Below, one piece after another: positions 39,797 through 56,800 of a stretch of 64,000 nt of DNA. Source of the stretch: Eledone cirrhosa (lineage: Eukaryota); NCBI GenBank assembly GCA_964016885.1, contig OZ024761.1, positions 19,964,001-20,028,000 of the forward strand, written 5' to 3'. A program made the position numbers and the translations under genes. Numbering within the stretch: position 1 is the first letter of the stretch; each line of letters begins with the position of its first letter. The notes beneath the pieces are model-generated. The model was not told where the DNA came from, did not search any database, and saw nothing but the letters and a program-made list of their open reading frames with translations.

Positions 39797-41145
39797 TAAA
39801 GTTCTAGTTTGTAGGAAAGAAAATAAGGCGGCGGTCCCATAGGGGAAATGGCCATGCTCAGTGTGTAGGAAAGGCGTAGGTAGAAACTCCATTTTATGTC
39901 CCAAATGCAAAGTATGGGTGCATAAAAGATGTAGTGGGATCACAGGTAAGCTAACTAAGAACATAGATTTTACATGTGGCCGGTGCTCTGGTGCAATAAG
40001 TAGCAGCAAGTGCCCACAAAATACTAGCTCCTTCAACTGCGCAGAGGGTTCTATAGAAATAGTGGACAGCTTCCGTTATCTGGGTGACAAAATCAGCAGT
40101 GGGGGAGGGTGCTCTGAAAGTACAGTAGCTAGAGTCAGAACTGGATGGAAAAAGTTCAGAGAGCTTATACCACTATTAGCCGCTAGAGGGTTCTCCCTAA
40201 AAATGAAAGGCAGGTTATACGATGCCTGCATACGAACAGCAATGCTGCATGGCAGTGAGACCTGGGCATTGTGTGCAGAGGATATACGCAGACTAGAGAG
40301 GAACGAAGCTTGCATGCTCCGCTGGATGTGCAATAGTAATATACGTGAACGGCAAAGCATAAACGAACTAAGGAAAAAATTAGAAATAAGAGGGATCAGA
40401 TGTTGTTTACTCGAGAGAAGGCTACGTTGGTACGGTCACGTGATGCGCATGAAAGACGACAGCTGTATAACAAAGTGCAGGGCAATAAAGATAGACGGTA
40501 GCCACGGAGTAGGCAGACCCAGAAAAACATGGGACGAGCTGATAAATTCCGACCTCACACGCTTACACCTCTCCAAGACAATGTCACTGGACCGAGACCT
40601 TTGGCGGTACTCAGTAATAGAGAAGACCCGCCTTACCTAAATACAAAGTAAAAACCTACTACAGTCAGTAGGCACCTCTATCAAAACACACCCCCGTCCC
40701 ACCACCTCCACCCCACCCACACCGCCCCTTTCAATGTAAAGTTATGTTGGTCCCACAACATCCAGGCCGAAACAAATGAGATCGTGTAGGTGTCACGACA
40801 AAAAACACACAGTCCACGCTGTAAATGTGGCCGTGTAGGCAACACGGTAAAAACCTCCCAGCCCCACACTGTAAATGTGGTTGGTGTTAGGAAGGGCATC
40901 CAGCTGTAGAAAACCCGCCAGACAGTCCACGCTGTAATGTGGCCGTGTAGGCAACACGGTAAAAACCTCCCAGCCCCACACTGTAAATGTGGTTGGTGTT
41001 AGGAAGGGCATCCAACTGTAGAAAACCCGCCAGACAGTCCTATGCGAGCAAGACAACCACTCTTGCCTCAAGTGGGAAAACCCCCGTCCAAACCCATGCA
41101 AGCGTGGAACACGGACGCTAAACCTGATGATGATGATGATGATGA
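39797..41145 (+). mobile_element. RTE LINE family 1, near-identical to ~32002-33345
   Basis: Same ORF end and same 3'UTR duplication. TAG stop at ~39840. Confidence 0.92.
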
Positions 41146-44301
<3,156 letters not shown>

Positions 44302-44951
44302 TCATCATCATCATCACCGTTTTACGTCCGTTCTTCCACGCTAGCATGGGTTAGACGGGTTGTCCTGTTGTGGGCAGTGTCTGGTCGGCTGACCATGCCT
44401 TGCTCATACAGGAACTGATCTGGCTTGATTTCTACAGCTGGATGCCCTTCCTAACACCAACCTCATTTACAGTGAGTGCTGGGTGCTTTTTCGTGGCGCC
44501 TACACGTCCACTTTACAGTGTGGGCTGGGTGCTTTTTTGCCGTGGCACCTCCACGACCACCTTGCGGTGGGGGGGGGGGGGGGGCATATTGTTTATATGC
44601 TTCAGCATGTACCCATGGGAGGTCGGGTACCCTGTATTACTGCGTGACGCCAGAAGTCACGGTCGTGTGTCATTGACTTTGAGAGGTGTAGTTGGGTAAG
44701 GTCGGCTTTTATCACCTCATCCCAAGTCATCTTGGGTCTCCCCACTCCGCGGTTTCCATCAACTTCTAGTGCTCTGCACCTTTTTATGCAGCTGTCATCC
44801 TTCATACGCATCACATGTCCATACCAGCGTAACCGCCTCTCCTGCACGCAGCATTTGATTCCTCTTATGCTCAGTCTCTCTCTCAATTCATTTATGCTTT
44901 GTCGTTCACGTATATTACTGTTACACATCCATCGGAGCATGCAGGCTTCGT

Positions 44952-44952
<1 letters not shown>
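44302..44952 (-). mobile_element. RTE LINE family 2, 5'-truncated
   Basis: [15 protein letters not shown]...GRPKMTWDEVIKADL. Distinct 3'UTR ending GGACGTAAAACGGT(GAT)n. Confidence 0.9.
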
Positions 44953-44983
<31 letters not shown>

Positions 44984-44995
44984 AATATATATATA

Positions 44996-45028
<33 letters not shown>

Positions 45029-45163
45029 TTATATATAAATATATATATATATATTTATAAATATATATATATATATATTTATAAATATATACATATATAT
45101 ATTTATAAATATATACATATATTTATAAATATATATATATATATATTATATATATATATAAAT

Positions 45164-45196
<33 letters not shown>

Positions 45197-45201
45197 TTAT
45201 G

Positions 45202-45242
<41 letters not shown>

Positions 45243-45275
45243 TTATGTATATATATATATATATATATATTTATG

Positions 45276-45308
<33 letters not shown>

Positions 45309-45309
45309 T

Positions 45310-45358
<49 letters not shown>

Positions 45359-45582
45359 TTATATATATATAATTATATATATATTTATTTATAAATATAT
45401 ATATATATATATAATTATATATATATTTATTTATAATTATATATATATATAACTATATATATATTTATATATATATATATATATAATTATATATATATTT
45501 ATTTATAATTATATATATATATAATTATATATATATTTATATATATATATATATAATTATATATATATTTATTTATATATAA

Positions 45583-45634
<52 letters not shown>

Positions 45635-45769
45635 TTATATATATATTTATATATATATATTTATATATATGTATTTATCTATATATTTATATATATATTT
45701 ATATATATATTTACATTTTTATATATATATTTATATTTACATATTTATATATATATATATTTATATATA

Positions 45770-45818
<49 letters not shown>

Positions 45819-45819
45819 T

Positions 45820-45916
<97 letters not shown>

Positions 45917-45939
45917 ATTTATATATATATTTATATATT

Positions 45940-45972
<33 letters not shown>

Positions 45973-45980
45973 ATATTTAT
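44953..45980. repeat. (TA)n array
   Basis: Direct inspection. Confidence 0.95.
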
Positions 45981-46039
45981 GTTGATTTAAAACTGCACTA
46001 TCCACAAGTGTTTTTTAGCCTTCATATCATGTTCTCCTG

Positions 46040-46106
46040 TTTTATCTGATGAAAATACAAATATTATTGCATGATGATGTTTGTTTTTGAAATGCGCATA
46101 ATAAAA
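46040..46106 (+). ncRNA. Type-I hammerhead motif in a solo ~165-bp copy (45981-46145) of the 18.4-20.0-kb element end
   Basis: TTTTAT-CTGATGA-AAATACAAATATTAT..ATGATGTTTGTTTTT-GAAA-TGCGCA-TA-ATAAAA. Confidence 0.75.
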
Positions 46107-46220
46107 TACATGGAACTCCTTTAACCATCTTTTGATCTTATATTATATATATTTATATATATATATTTATATACATCTATTTATATATATATATTTATTT
46201 ATTCATTTATACACACATAT

Positions 46221-46672
46221 AACGGCGGAATGGGGAGACCCAAGAAGACCTGGGATGAGGTGATAAAAGCCGACCTTACCCAATTACACCTTTCAAAGGC
46301 GATGACACAGAACCATGACCTCTGGCGTCACGCAGTAATACAGAAGACCCGACCCCCCCACGGTTATAAGCTGAAGAATATTGACGATATGCCCCCACCC
46401 CCTCCCACTGCAAAGTGGTCGTGCAGGTGCCACGCAAAAAAACATCCAGCCCACATTGTAAAGTGGACGTGTAGGCACCACGGCAAAAATGCACCCAGCA
46501 CTCACTGTAAATGAGGTTGGTGTTAGGAAGGGCATCCGGCTGTAGAAATCAAGCCAAAATCAGTTCCCATATGAGCAAGGCATGGTTAGCCGACCGGACA
46601 CTGCCCATAACAGGACAACCCGTCTAACCCATGCTAGCGTGGAAGAACGGACGTAAAACAGTGATGATTATG
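46221..46672 (+). mobile_element. RTE LINE family 2, 3' fragment
   Basis: GRPKKTWDEVIKADLTQLHLSK plus the family-2 3'UTR. Confidence 0.88.
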
Positions 46673-47575
46673 ATACATATATGCGGTGGAGATGACGAAG
46701 GACCGAGACAAGTGGAGAGATGCTGTCCAGAATAAGACCCATCCCACCCTTGCAAGTAGGGAAAAGTGGACGTATGATGATGATACATACACACACAATA
46801 ACTGAATCTAGAAATAAAACAATGCCCAAACTCCACCAAAGACATCAAACAATTTTATATAATTTGGTTGGTTTTCTTACCGTTTCTATGTTTGTTATTC
46901 ATGCTTGCTAAGATTTATAAAAACTTTAGTATATTTTTACAATTACACCCGTCTTGAGTTTGAAGGAAAATTTCCTTTTTTTTTTCCACTTGCCAACATC
47001 AAAAAACCCAAATGGGAAGTATCATGGGAAAAAAACGGGGAGATTTTAGATAATGAAAGCTATACCCATTTTCACTAGAGAAGACATCTCTCATCCACCC
47101 CAAAGTGGTTAGGATATCTCCCCTTCAGACGAGGAGAGTTGACAGGTCTCTATATGGCTTTCAATGTGTTTTGAACGAATCTGACTTTGAAACCGTCGGA
47201 AATAGATCGTTTTATTTTGTTTTTTTTAAATTAACATGGAGGTGAATATTACACCTGTCTCGCCGTGGAAGTGAAGGGTTTCCATTGTCTTTTAAATATG
47301 TCCTAAACCTGCGGAAATTTTTGTAAGTTATTTTGAAAAAATAGTAATACCTTTATTTGAATGTATTTCTCATCCCACTTTTTATGATTATACTCGTCTC
47401 GGGTACAGGTGTAATAGATAGTAATAAATATATATAGTAATAATAATAAATGTGAAGCCTAAAATCCAAAGAGGACTCGATAAGGATAAATATATATCAA
47501 ATATATAAGAACCCTAGAGCAAATATTTATTAAAATAACAGATTAAAGTTTAAGCAAAGAATCGCTGCTTTCACT

Positions 47576-47631
<56 letters not shown>

Positions 47632-48677
47632 TGAAGGTGGAATTTATTTTTTTAATGTTATGAACGAATATTACCTTCAAAACCGTCGAAAATAACTCGC
47701 ATTCTTCGGTTTTCCCCACCCGAGACCTCCATAACAGCCGTCTCTGGGACAGTAGGGTGTGTGCGTATTATAAATATAATGGTTACTGATTTGGACACAA
47801 GGCCAGCAATTTGGGGGAGAGGAAAGTCGATTAAATTGACCCCAGTGTTACTGGTACTTTATTTTATCGACCACGTAAGTGTTATAATATTTGCATTAGT
47901 TTCTCTCTTATTCTTGGCCCTTTCTATTTATCATCTGGAGAAGATTTAAAAATAAAACCCAATATTTATGACTTACCATCAAACGAATATTGGATTGACG
48001 AAATATAAATGTATATATATGTGTGTGTATAAATCAAATAGAAAGAACCATATATCGTAGAGGAAACACAGTATATTGTATATATACTAAATATATGTGT
48101 GTAATATATATATATATATACATATATATGTGTGAGCGTGTGTAATATATATATATGTGTGTGTGTGTGGTTTGAAAAAACGCTTTAATGACAGAAAACG
48201 GTTGTTTTATGAATTAAAATATTGACTTTGGAAAATATTCACCCAACAAATTATTATCATTATTATTTCTCATCTTAACATCCCAGACTTTATTCTCAGG
48301 TGAAACTCGTCAGATCGGACCAGGGAGACAATGTTTCCAACAATTCATTTTTTTTTTATTTTTAAATTTGATAAATTTATAGACCCACCCCCTTTCATGT
48401 CGGGGGGGGGGGGGGGTACTCGTTTTTGTGTGTGTTATCAATTAAGGGTGAGGTGTGGCCCCTGGGATGGGGAAGGTCCCCTCCCTATGGTTTTCTCTAC
48501 CAGTCTCTTATCAACTAATATCACATCCAAACAGTTTTATTTTGTTTTTTAAAATGTCCAGTTAAAAAAAAATAAACCGAATATTTCTTTATAAATTTAT
48601 TGAAACTTGTAAATGGCTTCCAAAAGAAACGAATTGATTTTGTTTTAATCAGAAAGTAAAAGAAAAAAACATACATC

Positions 48678-48730
<53 letters not shown>

Positions 48731-49043
48731 CAGACCTGCCAACCTCTAAAAACCCAAACGGGGAGTACTATGAAAAAAAAGTGCCCCTAAATGGGGAGAA
48801 ATTGGACAAAATAGGGAGATTTTATATAATGAAAGCTTTCCCCATTTTCACAAGAGAAAACATCTCTCAACCACCGTCTGACGGGGAGATCTCCCACACA
48901 CTCATACAAGCATATATACACACAAATATATATATATGTCCTAGCTCTTTTCTTATTACCCACTCTACTACCCTAAGTATAGAGTACTCTGGTGCGTAAT
49001 GGTCCACCTGGTATCTTACTACACCTTCTTTGTTTTATATATA

Positions 49044-49213
49044 TCTAAGGCGGGTAAAATTCCCGAGATCCATGGACAAGTTCTCTCCAGTGGTCTCTGT
49101 CCCTCATTATCGCTGCCATGTCCTGCGTCTCCAACAGACCAGTGTCTGTCTTTAGGGCATCAACATACGTTAAACTTGGTCTTCCTCTTCTAGTGTGTCC
49201 ATGTAGGGGCTCC
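49044..49213 (-). mobile_element. Extreme 3' end of another RTE-type LINE
   Basis: Minus-strand translation EPLHGHTRRGRPSLTYVDALKTDTG...MRDRDHWRELV. Confidence 0.7.
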
Positions 49214-49215
49214 CT

Positions 49216-49414
49216 ATATATAGAGTTATAAACTCAAATAGTCTTTTACAATTAAATAGCTCAAAGAAAGGAATATTTCCGCGCCGTTTAATTGTAAAAG
49301 ACTATTTGAGTTTATAACTATATATAATATTCTCGGCTCCATACGTAGAGCTGATTTTTAGTCCCATAAAACCGGCTGCTATTTTTAGCGGCACGAGTAT
49401 GGGACAAGCTAGGC
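49216..49414 (+). mobile_element. Small fold-back element (arms ~49221-49259 / ~49287-49322) with unique tail
   Basis: AGTTATAAACTCAAATAGTCTTTTACAATTAAA and its reverse complement. Confidence 0.6.
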
Positions 49415-50162
49415 GATGTGACACATGTGCGTTCAACAACACATTTCTGTCTTCTTAAGTATTTTGAAGTGAAACTTACCAATTTCTGGATACCTGCAAA
49501 AGAGCACAGGAATAGGAACTTTCACTTAATTGTTGCGAAACAAATTAAAAATGTGTCCAGGTATCACGGCTATTGCCAATATAGGTTTGTTTTTATTGAT
49601 TTATTATTTTAAATCGAGAGCAAACCGTATTATTTTAATATCTAGCTAACTTGGTCATTTGCAATGCGAACACATGTATACTTGTATCAGTGTTTATCCC
49701 TATCATATATACACACTCCACAAATATATATACTCACTTAAACACAAATATACATAAATACACACAAACATATATATATATACACACATATGTATATATA
49801 TATATACTTAAACAAACATATATATACATGTATATATACTCACAGAAATTGCCGTAAATGTCGTCTGCTTCAAACAACGGGAAGTTTATAGAAATTGTAC
49901 CAAGTTTATCTTTTCTTCGTTGTATTTCACTGGCCGAGTTTTATGGAGTCGTGAATGTTGTTAGGACGAATATGTTGGTGTTTCTTGGTCTCCTTTCATC
50001 CATTTATATATTTTGTTCGAATTTTTTTGGTGAGTATTGTTTCAATAAATGAAAGGACGACCAAATAAAGAGCCTTGGGTGTGAAACATCGAAACATTGA
50101 CAAAGGGGAATAAATCGTGCTGCTTTACTAAATGTATCAAGATTTATTTCCCTTTGCAATTT

Positions 50163-50435
50163 ACGACAGTCGGCTGAAAAGTTCATAAACTGACTATGAA
50201 ATCTTGCATTTTTGCCTTTCATCCTTACGGGGTCGATAAAATAAAGTACCAGTAATGCACTGGATAATTACTGGCCTTGTGCCTAAAGTAGAAACAATTA
50301 ATTTCAGTCTTCTTATTAATACTGACTGCATTGTTTTTCTTTTTTTTTCAGGGACTACAATGAAAAATAAGCCTCATTTGGAAATTCCATGAGAGTATCT
50401 TGATCAGTCTATGAACTTTTCAGCCGACTCTTGTA
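50163..50435. mobile_element. Mariner-type MITE; related ends at ~14611-14690 and ~20008-20173
   Basis: Terminal inverted repeats AGTCGGCTGAAAAGTTCATA / TATGAACTTTTCAGCCGACT with TA flanks. Confidence 0.65.
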
Positions 50436-50749
50436 ATTAATTTGGTTTAATTAAAATTTCATTAAAGTGATTATTTCCTCTTAGCTGTAATAAATATTGA
50501 ACTATTTATAAACTTTCTCTTTGCACCAGTCTCCATCGAGAACTCTGGAGTCCTTGGTCCCTGCATTTTTTATTTCCTCCACCATAAGGTGGGGGTGACT
50601 GATGTAGCGGATGTCTCTGGCCATTCGCTGTGGTTTTACATTTACTAAATTCCATTCACAATGCATTGGTCTGGTCAACTGAAGGCTTTAGTAGAAGACA
50701 CTTGTCTAATGTACATCACAGCACAGGACTTGACGTGGAGTTGTGGTTG

Positions 50750-52090
50750 TTAACCCATTACCATTTATATTACTCTATATATACTATTGTATTTTCACAG
50801 TAAAGGCTTTACCTCACATATTTACATTACTCTATATATACTATTGAATTTTCATAGTAAAAGCTTTACCTCACATAACATTTACATTACTCTATATATA
50901 CTATTGAATTTTCATAGTAAAAGCTTTACCTCGCATAACATTTACATTACTCTATATATACTATTGAATTTTCATAGTAAAAGCTTTACCTCGCATAACA
51001 TTTACATTACTCTATATATACTATTGAATTTTCATAGTAAAAGCTTTACCTCGCATAACATTTACATTACTCTATATATACTATTGTATTTTCACAGTAA
51101 AGGCTTTACCTCACATATTTACATTACTCTATATATACTATTGAATTTTCATAGTAAAAGCTTTACCTCACATAACATTTACATTACTCTATATATACTA
51201 TTGAATTTTCATAGTAAAAGCTTTACCTCGCATAACATTTACATTACTCTATATATACTATTGTATTTTCACAGTAAAGGCTTTACCTCACATATTTACA
51301 TTACTCTATATATACTATTGTATTTTCACAGTAAAGGCTTTACTTCGCATAACATTTACATTATTCTCATCATCATCGTTTTACGTCCATTCTTCCACGC
51401 TAGCATGGGTTAGATGGGTTGTCCTGTTGTGGGCAGTGTCTGGTCGGATGACCATGCCTTGCTCATACAGGAACTGATTTGGCTTGATTTCTACAGCTGG
51501 ATGCCCTTCCTAACACCAACCTCATTTACAGTGAGTGCTGGGTGCTTTTTCGTGGCGCCTACACGTCCATTTTACAGTGTGGGCTGGGTGCTTTTTTGCC
51601 GTGGCACCTCCATGCAGTGGGAGGGTGTGGGGGCATATTGTCTATATGCTTCAGCTTGTACCCATGGGAGGTAGGGTACTCTGTATTACTGCGTGATGCC
51701 AGAGGTCACAGTCGTGTCATCGCCTTGGCGAGGTGTAATTGGGTAAGGTCGGCTTTTATCACCTCATCCCAGGTCATCTTGGGTCTCCCCACTCCGCGGT
51801 TTCCATCAACTTCTAGTGCTCTGCACCTTTTTATGCAGCTGTCTATATATACTATTGTATTTTCACAGTAAAGGCTTTACTTCACATAACATTTACATTA
51901 TATATACTATTGTATTTTCACAGTAAACACTTTATCTCACATAATATTAAATCTACGAGATTTTGATATTATTTATTTTGAGAACAATACCTTAACACAA
52001 GTATGAGTGGCCAGTTACAGTCATTCGGTTTGAACAGAAAGTGGTGAGAGAATTCTGGCCAGATACAGCTGGTTTAAATGACTTCCTTAA
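50750..52090 (+). mobile_element. piggyBac-like MITE with an internally amplified 58-60-bp minisatellite (~12 units), interrupted by an RTE; related copies at ~1860-2065 (+) and ~59570-59835 (-)
   Basis: Starts TTAACCC. Unit TTACATTACTCTATATATACTATTG(A/T)ATTTTCA(T/C)AGTAAA(A/G)GCTTTACCTC(A/G)CATA(AC)AT. Downstream body shared with the other copies. Confidence 0.7.
51367..51843 (-). mobile_element. RTE LINE family 2, 3' fragment inserted in the minisatellite
   Basis: Matches 44302-44795. Confidence 0.9.
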
Positions 52091-53888
52091 CCACACAGAT
52101 TTAAATTTTTCTTTTTAATTAAATTAAAAATAAATTAAGAAAATATTGATTTATTCATTATGAAATATATACAATGGCAACATTGAATGTATAACTGACA
52201 AAACAGATTTATCTTACACAAGTGAATTAAATACAGGATGTTTGTATTTCAGATTCAGTCAAATTATTTGTAAATCTGGGGGCAGCCATGAAGAGATATT
52301 TGGAGTTCATCACCTCCCCTAAGGTTTGGGGTTACAGAAATAAAGTAAAATGATTTTAACTAGGAACCAAAACTGATTTCTGACTACACACACAGCTTAC
52401 CTAAAACTTAGTCTCCTCCTGTGGTGTTCAATACATTGGAGTGTAATATAGCAAAACAGTAATATGAACTTTCAGAATATCTACCCCATAGTTTTGAGCC
52501 CACCTCTCAGAGCCAGAATATCTACCACCCCACCCCTCAGAGGCAGAATATCTCCACCCCACAGAGCACATTATAACAAGTAACAGGAATTTTCTAATTA
52601 CACTATAGTCCTCAGTCAGCCTTAAAACTAGCAACAAGAAGTTTTAAATTATCTACCTCAATATAGCCCTGAGCTATGGACACAATACTTTATTTGCTTC
52701 ACAATAAATCCACTGAGAATACTGTTAAAGATTTATTTACCGTTATTGAAATTTATAGAACCCCCCCCCCCCCCCCCCAAATGATAGGGGCCAGTAAAAA
52801 GCAAAAGAAAAAAAAGATATTCTGATGAGTTTTTTGGGGCAATGTCTTTTCTGAAGCCTAGACAGCCTAAAAATGTTTCTTTGCATTTAAACTGACATTT
52901 ATGGCTGACTTTTATCACATCTGAATAAAGAGGCTCCTACATACAGATCTCTACCTTCTCTTTGAAATGAAAAAATAAAAATGAAACGCAAAAAATGAAA
53001 TTTCCAACTGGCACTTATGCAGGTTTAACTGGCCTCCCATGGGGTTGCATCTCATAGGTTTCTAGGGTATTTTAACGGTAGGGGACCCTTAGTCTTGTCT
53101 TGTTGTTGTAACAGCTCACCCCTATGTAGGTTTAGCTGGCCTCCCATCAGGTTGCATTTTATAGGTTTTTTGGTTGCTTGATAAGGGAGTCCCTCACCCC
53201 CACCATGAAAAGCAATGTGGAATGAAGCATGCAGCCTGGTTCAGGAATCAAACCCATGACCTTATGACTGCAAGCCCAACACATTATCAACAAGACTATA
53301 TGGCTTCCTCTCACTGATTTTAAATGGCTGTTTTGATAGGGAGTTATGTTTATTTGAAGAAAAGCACCCATTTTAGCCTTAGGGTTCATATTTTCAATTA
53401 CTACTGCCAACCCATGTGGCTTGTTTGCAGTGATTTAAATATACACGCAGGTCCTTTCATACCAGAAAGAGCTCATGGAGCTAAACATGGATGTGTTTAA
53501 AGCTTAACTTTATTCTTCCTGTGCATAATTGTAAGTCACATCTAGTATTATAGTTTTATCTTTTACTCAAGCACAAGGCCGAGTTTTTAGAAGACAAGGG
53601 CTCAGTCAATTAAATTAACCCATGTATTACTGGTACTTATTTTATTGATTGACCCTGTAAAACATTATTCAACCTCTATTTCCAACCTCGCTGGGATTTG
53701 AATTCAGAAACTAGAAAAAAAAAAAAACTAAACTGTTATAAATAGTATCTTCATTTCAACAAGGTCCCTATTTTCCTAGCCATACTGTCATACCCTATAT
53801 TAAACATTACAGGACATGCCTGAATATTTTTAATCTCAACCCTACTCAAGATAAATTTGCAGCCTTTACAATACCCAGAAGCTTGCAA

Positions 53889-56800
53889 TCATTTCGAATG
53901 CGACGCAAGATGACGTTTGAACAGGAATGGCAGCTTTGTAAGAAACATACAGATGTGACACTTCATTGTTTTCAAATGTAAATGGTTTTGGTATATGTGC
54001 AGTTTACAATCTGAGCGAATGCTACAACAATGCCTGCAAAACGGACAGACGTACTCATTTCTTGTGTTCTTTACAATTGCATCTTTTATCAGTTTTATTT
54101 CTCTCTCCGTGATGAATTGTTTGTATTTTTTAGCATGTTTCATAGTCATGTGTCGGATCAAATGGAATGTCTTCACGTATGTGTATTCACATAATTTACA
54201 TTTTTTAGAATTAGCTACATCACTGGGCTTTCTAACGGTAACCAAACCTTCGATCGAGGTAGTGACACCACGATGAACCACGCCAGTATTAGTAAGTACT
54301 GTTGTTGCTGTTGAACAAGCTCCCTTCTCACTCGAGAAGTCAATATTTAGCAGGACCTTCTTAATAGGAGTGTCAGAATTAGGTAAACTCTTTTTACTGG
54401 AAATGCCAGCACTGGATAAAGTCAAATTACTTAATGTCTTGGACTTAGTATTGTTACAGGTAGAATCTCCATTAGATAAATTCTTTTCAGTGGAAATGGT
54501 GACACAGGATGTCTTCTTACTGGAACTGTCTGCATTTTGTGACATCTTTTTAGTGGAACTGTCTGCATTTTGTGACATCTTTTTAGTAGAACTGTCTGCA
54601 TTATGCGACATCTTTTTAATGGAACTGTCTGCATTTTGTAATGACTTTTTAGTCGAGGTGTCAGCTCTAGATAATGTCTTTTTACTAGAAGTATCTGCAC
54701 TTGATAAAGTCTTTATATCAGAAGCGTTGGAGTTAGTGTCTTTACTGGTTGTGCCTGGACCAGATAAGACTGTATTGGGGGTAGCAGTGTTTAATAATGT
54801 AATGCAGTCATTGGCATTTGACAAAACTTCGTTCTTAGTATCATAGCTCTTACTAGAATGGTGACAATTCCGCAAGCTATCTTTTCTCATAGAAATGCTG
54901 GTAGTTGGCGAGACTTTCTTATTAGGAATCTCAAAATGTGGTGCATGCTTATTCTTTCTCCTAGAATGGTTATCATGACTATACTTCTTTTCATCTAAAC
55001 TCTTAGTTCTGTTTCTTAGTTGGGTGTTTTTATTATTAGAAGGGACTTCGAATGACACACGTCTTTTATTGGTGTTTTTAGCATGGGATTGTCTCTTGTG
55101 GTCACACAGTATTTCAGTAATTGTGATGTGTCTGCTTCTGTCACTGCCAACACTTGAGCCAGTCTTACTGATTTCAGAATCTGATCTGTTTTTCCCCTTA
55201 TTCACATCACCAGTTGAACTAGCTTTTTCCTTATTGCTATGAACAGCTGACCCAGTCTTTATCTTATTGATTTTAACATTTGAGTCTATTTTCTCCTTTC
55301 TGATTTCAACATCTGAGCCAATCTTCACTTTTCTGATTTCAGCATCTGAGGAAGTCTTTTCTTGACTGATTCCAGCAGTTGAGCTAGCTTTCATTGCATT
55401 GATATCAACATCAGCTTCCTTATTAACTGTGTTATCTATGACAATTGAGCCATTCTTCACCTCACTGATTTCAACATCTGAGCCATCCTTCACCTCACTC
55501 GTTTCAACATCTGAGCCAGTCTTCACATTATTGCCATTAGCAGTTGAGTGAGTCTTCATCATTGTGATTTTAATATTTGGGCCAGTCGTTACCTGACTGA
55601 TATAACTATTTGAGCTAGTCTTCTCCTTTGTGGATTCAACAGCTGACCTCGTTTCCAACTGAATGATTTCACAATCTGAGTCAGCCTTCACCTCACTGAT
55701 TTCAACATCTGAGCCAGCCTTCGTTTCACTGATTTCAACATCTGAGCCAGCCTTCACCTCACCGATTTCAACATCTGAGCCAGCCTTCGTTTCACTGATT
55801 TCAACATCTGAGCCAGCCTTCGTTTCACTGATTTCAACATCTGAGCCAGCCTTCGTTTCACTGATTTCAACATCTGAGCCAGCCTTCACCTCACTGATTT
55901 CAACATCTAAGTCATCCTTTACCTCACTCGTTTCAACATCTGAGCCAGCCTTCACATTATTGTTATTAGCAGTTGAGTGAGTCTTCAACATTGTGATTTT
56001 AATTTTTGGGCCAGTTGTTACCTTACTGATATAAATATTTGAGCTAGTCTTCTTTCTGGATTCAACAGCTGATCCAGTCTTCACTTTTTTGGTTTCAACA
56101 ACTAAGTCATTCATCACATTATTGATTTGAATATCTAAATCAGTCTTTACCTGATTAATTTCAACATCTGAGTCAACCATCGCTGCATTCCTATTGGCTG
56201 TTGAGCCAGTCTTCATTTTATTAAGTTCAACATCTGAGCCAATCTTTGCCTTATTGATATTAACTGTTGACCTAGTCTTCACTCTACTGATATCAACATC
56301 TGAGCCAGTCCGATAAAGAGTTGAGCCATTCTCCATCTTATTAATACCATGAGCTGACCTAGTCCTCATATTCCTATAGAGAGTTGAGCAATTCTTCATC
56401 TTATAAATACCATGAGCTGACCTAGTCTTCATCTTATTACTATCAACATTTGATCCATTCTTACCCATATTCCTATAGAGAGTTGAGCCAGTCTTCATCT
56501 TCTTAATACCAACAGCTGATCTAGTCTTCACTCTACTGATATCAATATCTGAGCCAATCTTCACCATATTCCTATAGAGAGTTGAGCCAGTCTTCATCTT
56601 ATTAATATCAACATTTGAGTCAGTCTTCACATTACTGATTTTAGTAGTTAAGTCAGTCATCACCTTACTGATTTGCATATCTAAATCAGTTTCAACATCT
56701 GAGCTGATCTTCACCTTATTGCTTTTCATCTTACACCCATTAGCAAATGATATGTTCGTTTTGTCAGTTAGGGAGATTGGGTTACAGTTTGAATATTTAT

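Noticed and set aside
50760-51365. Regular array resembling CRISPR, and the 208-aa repeat ORF
   Set aside because: Head-to-tail units with no unique spacers, no cas genes and a eukaryotic context; it is a minisatellite.
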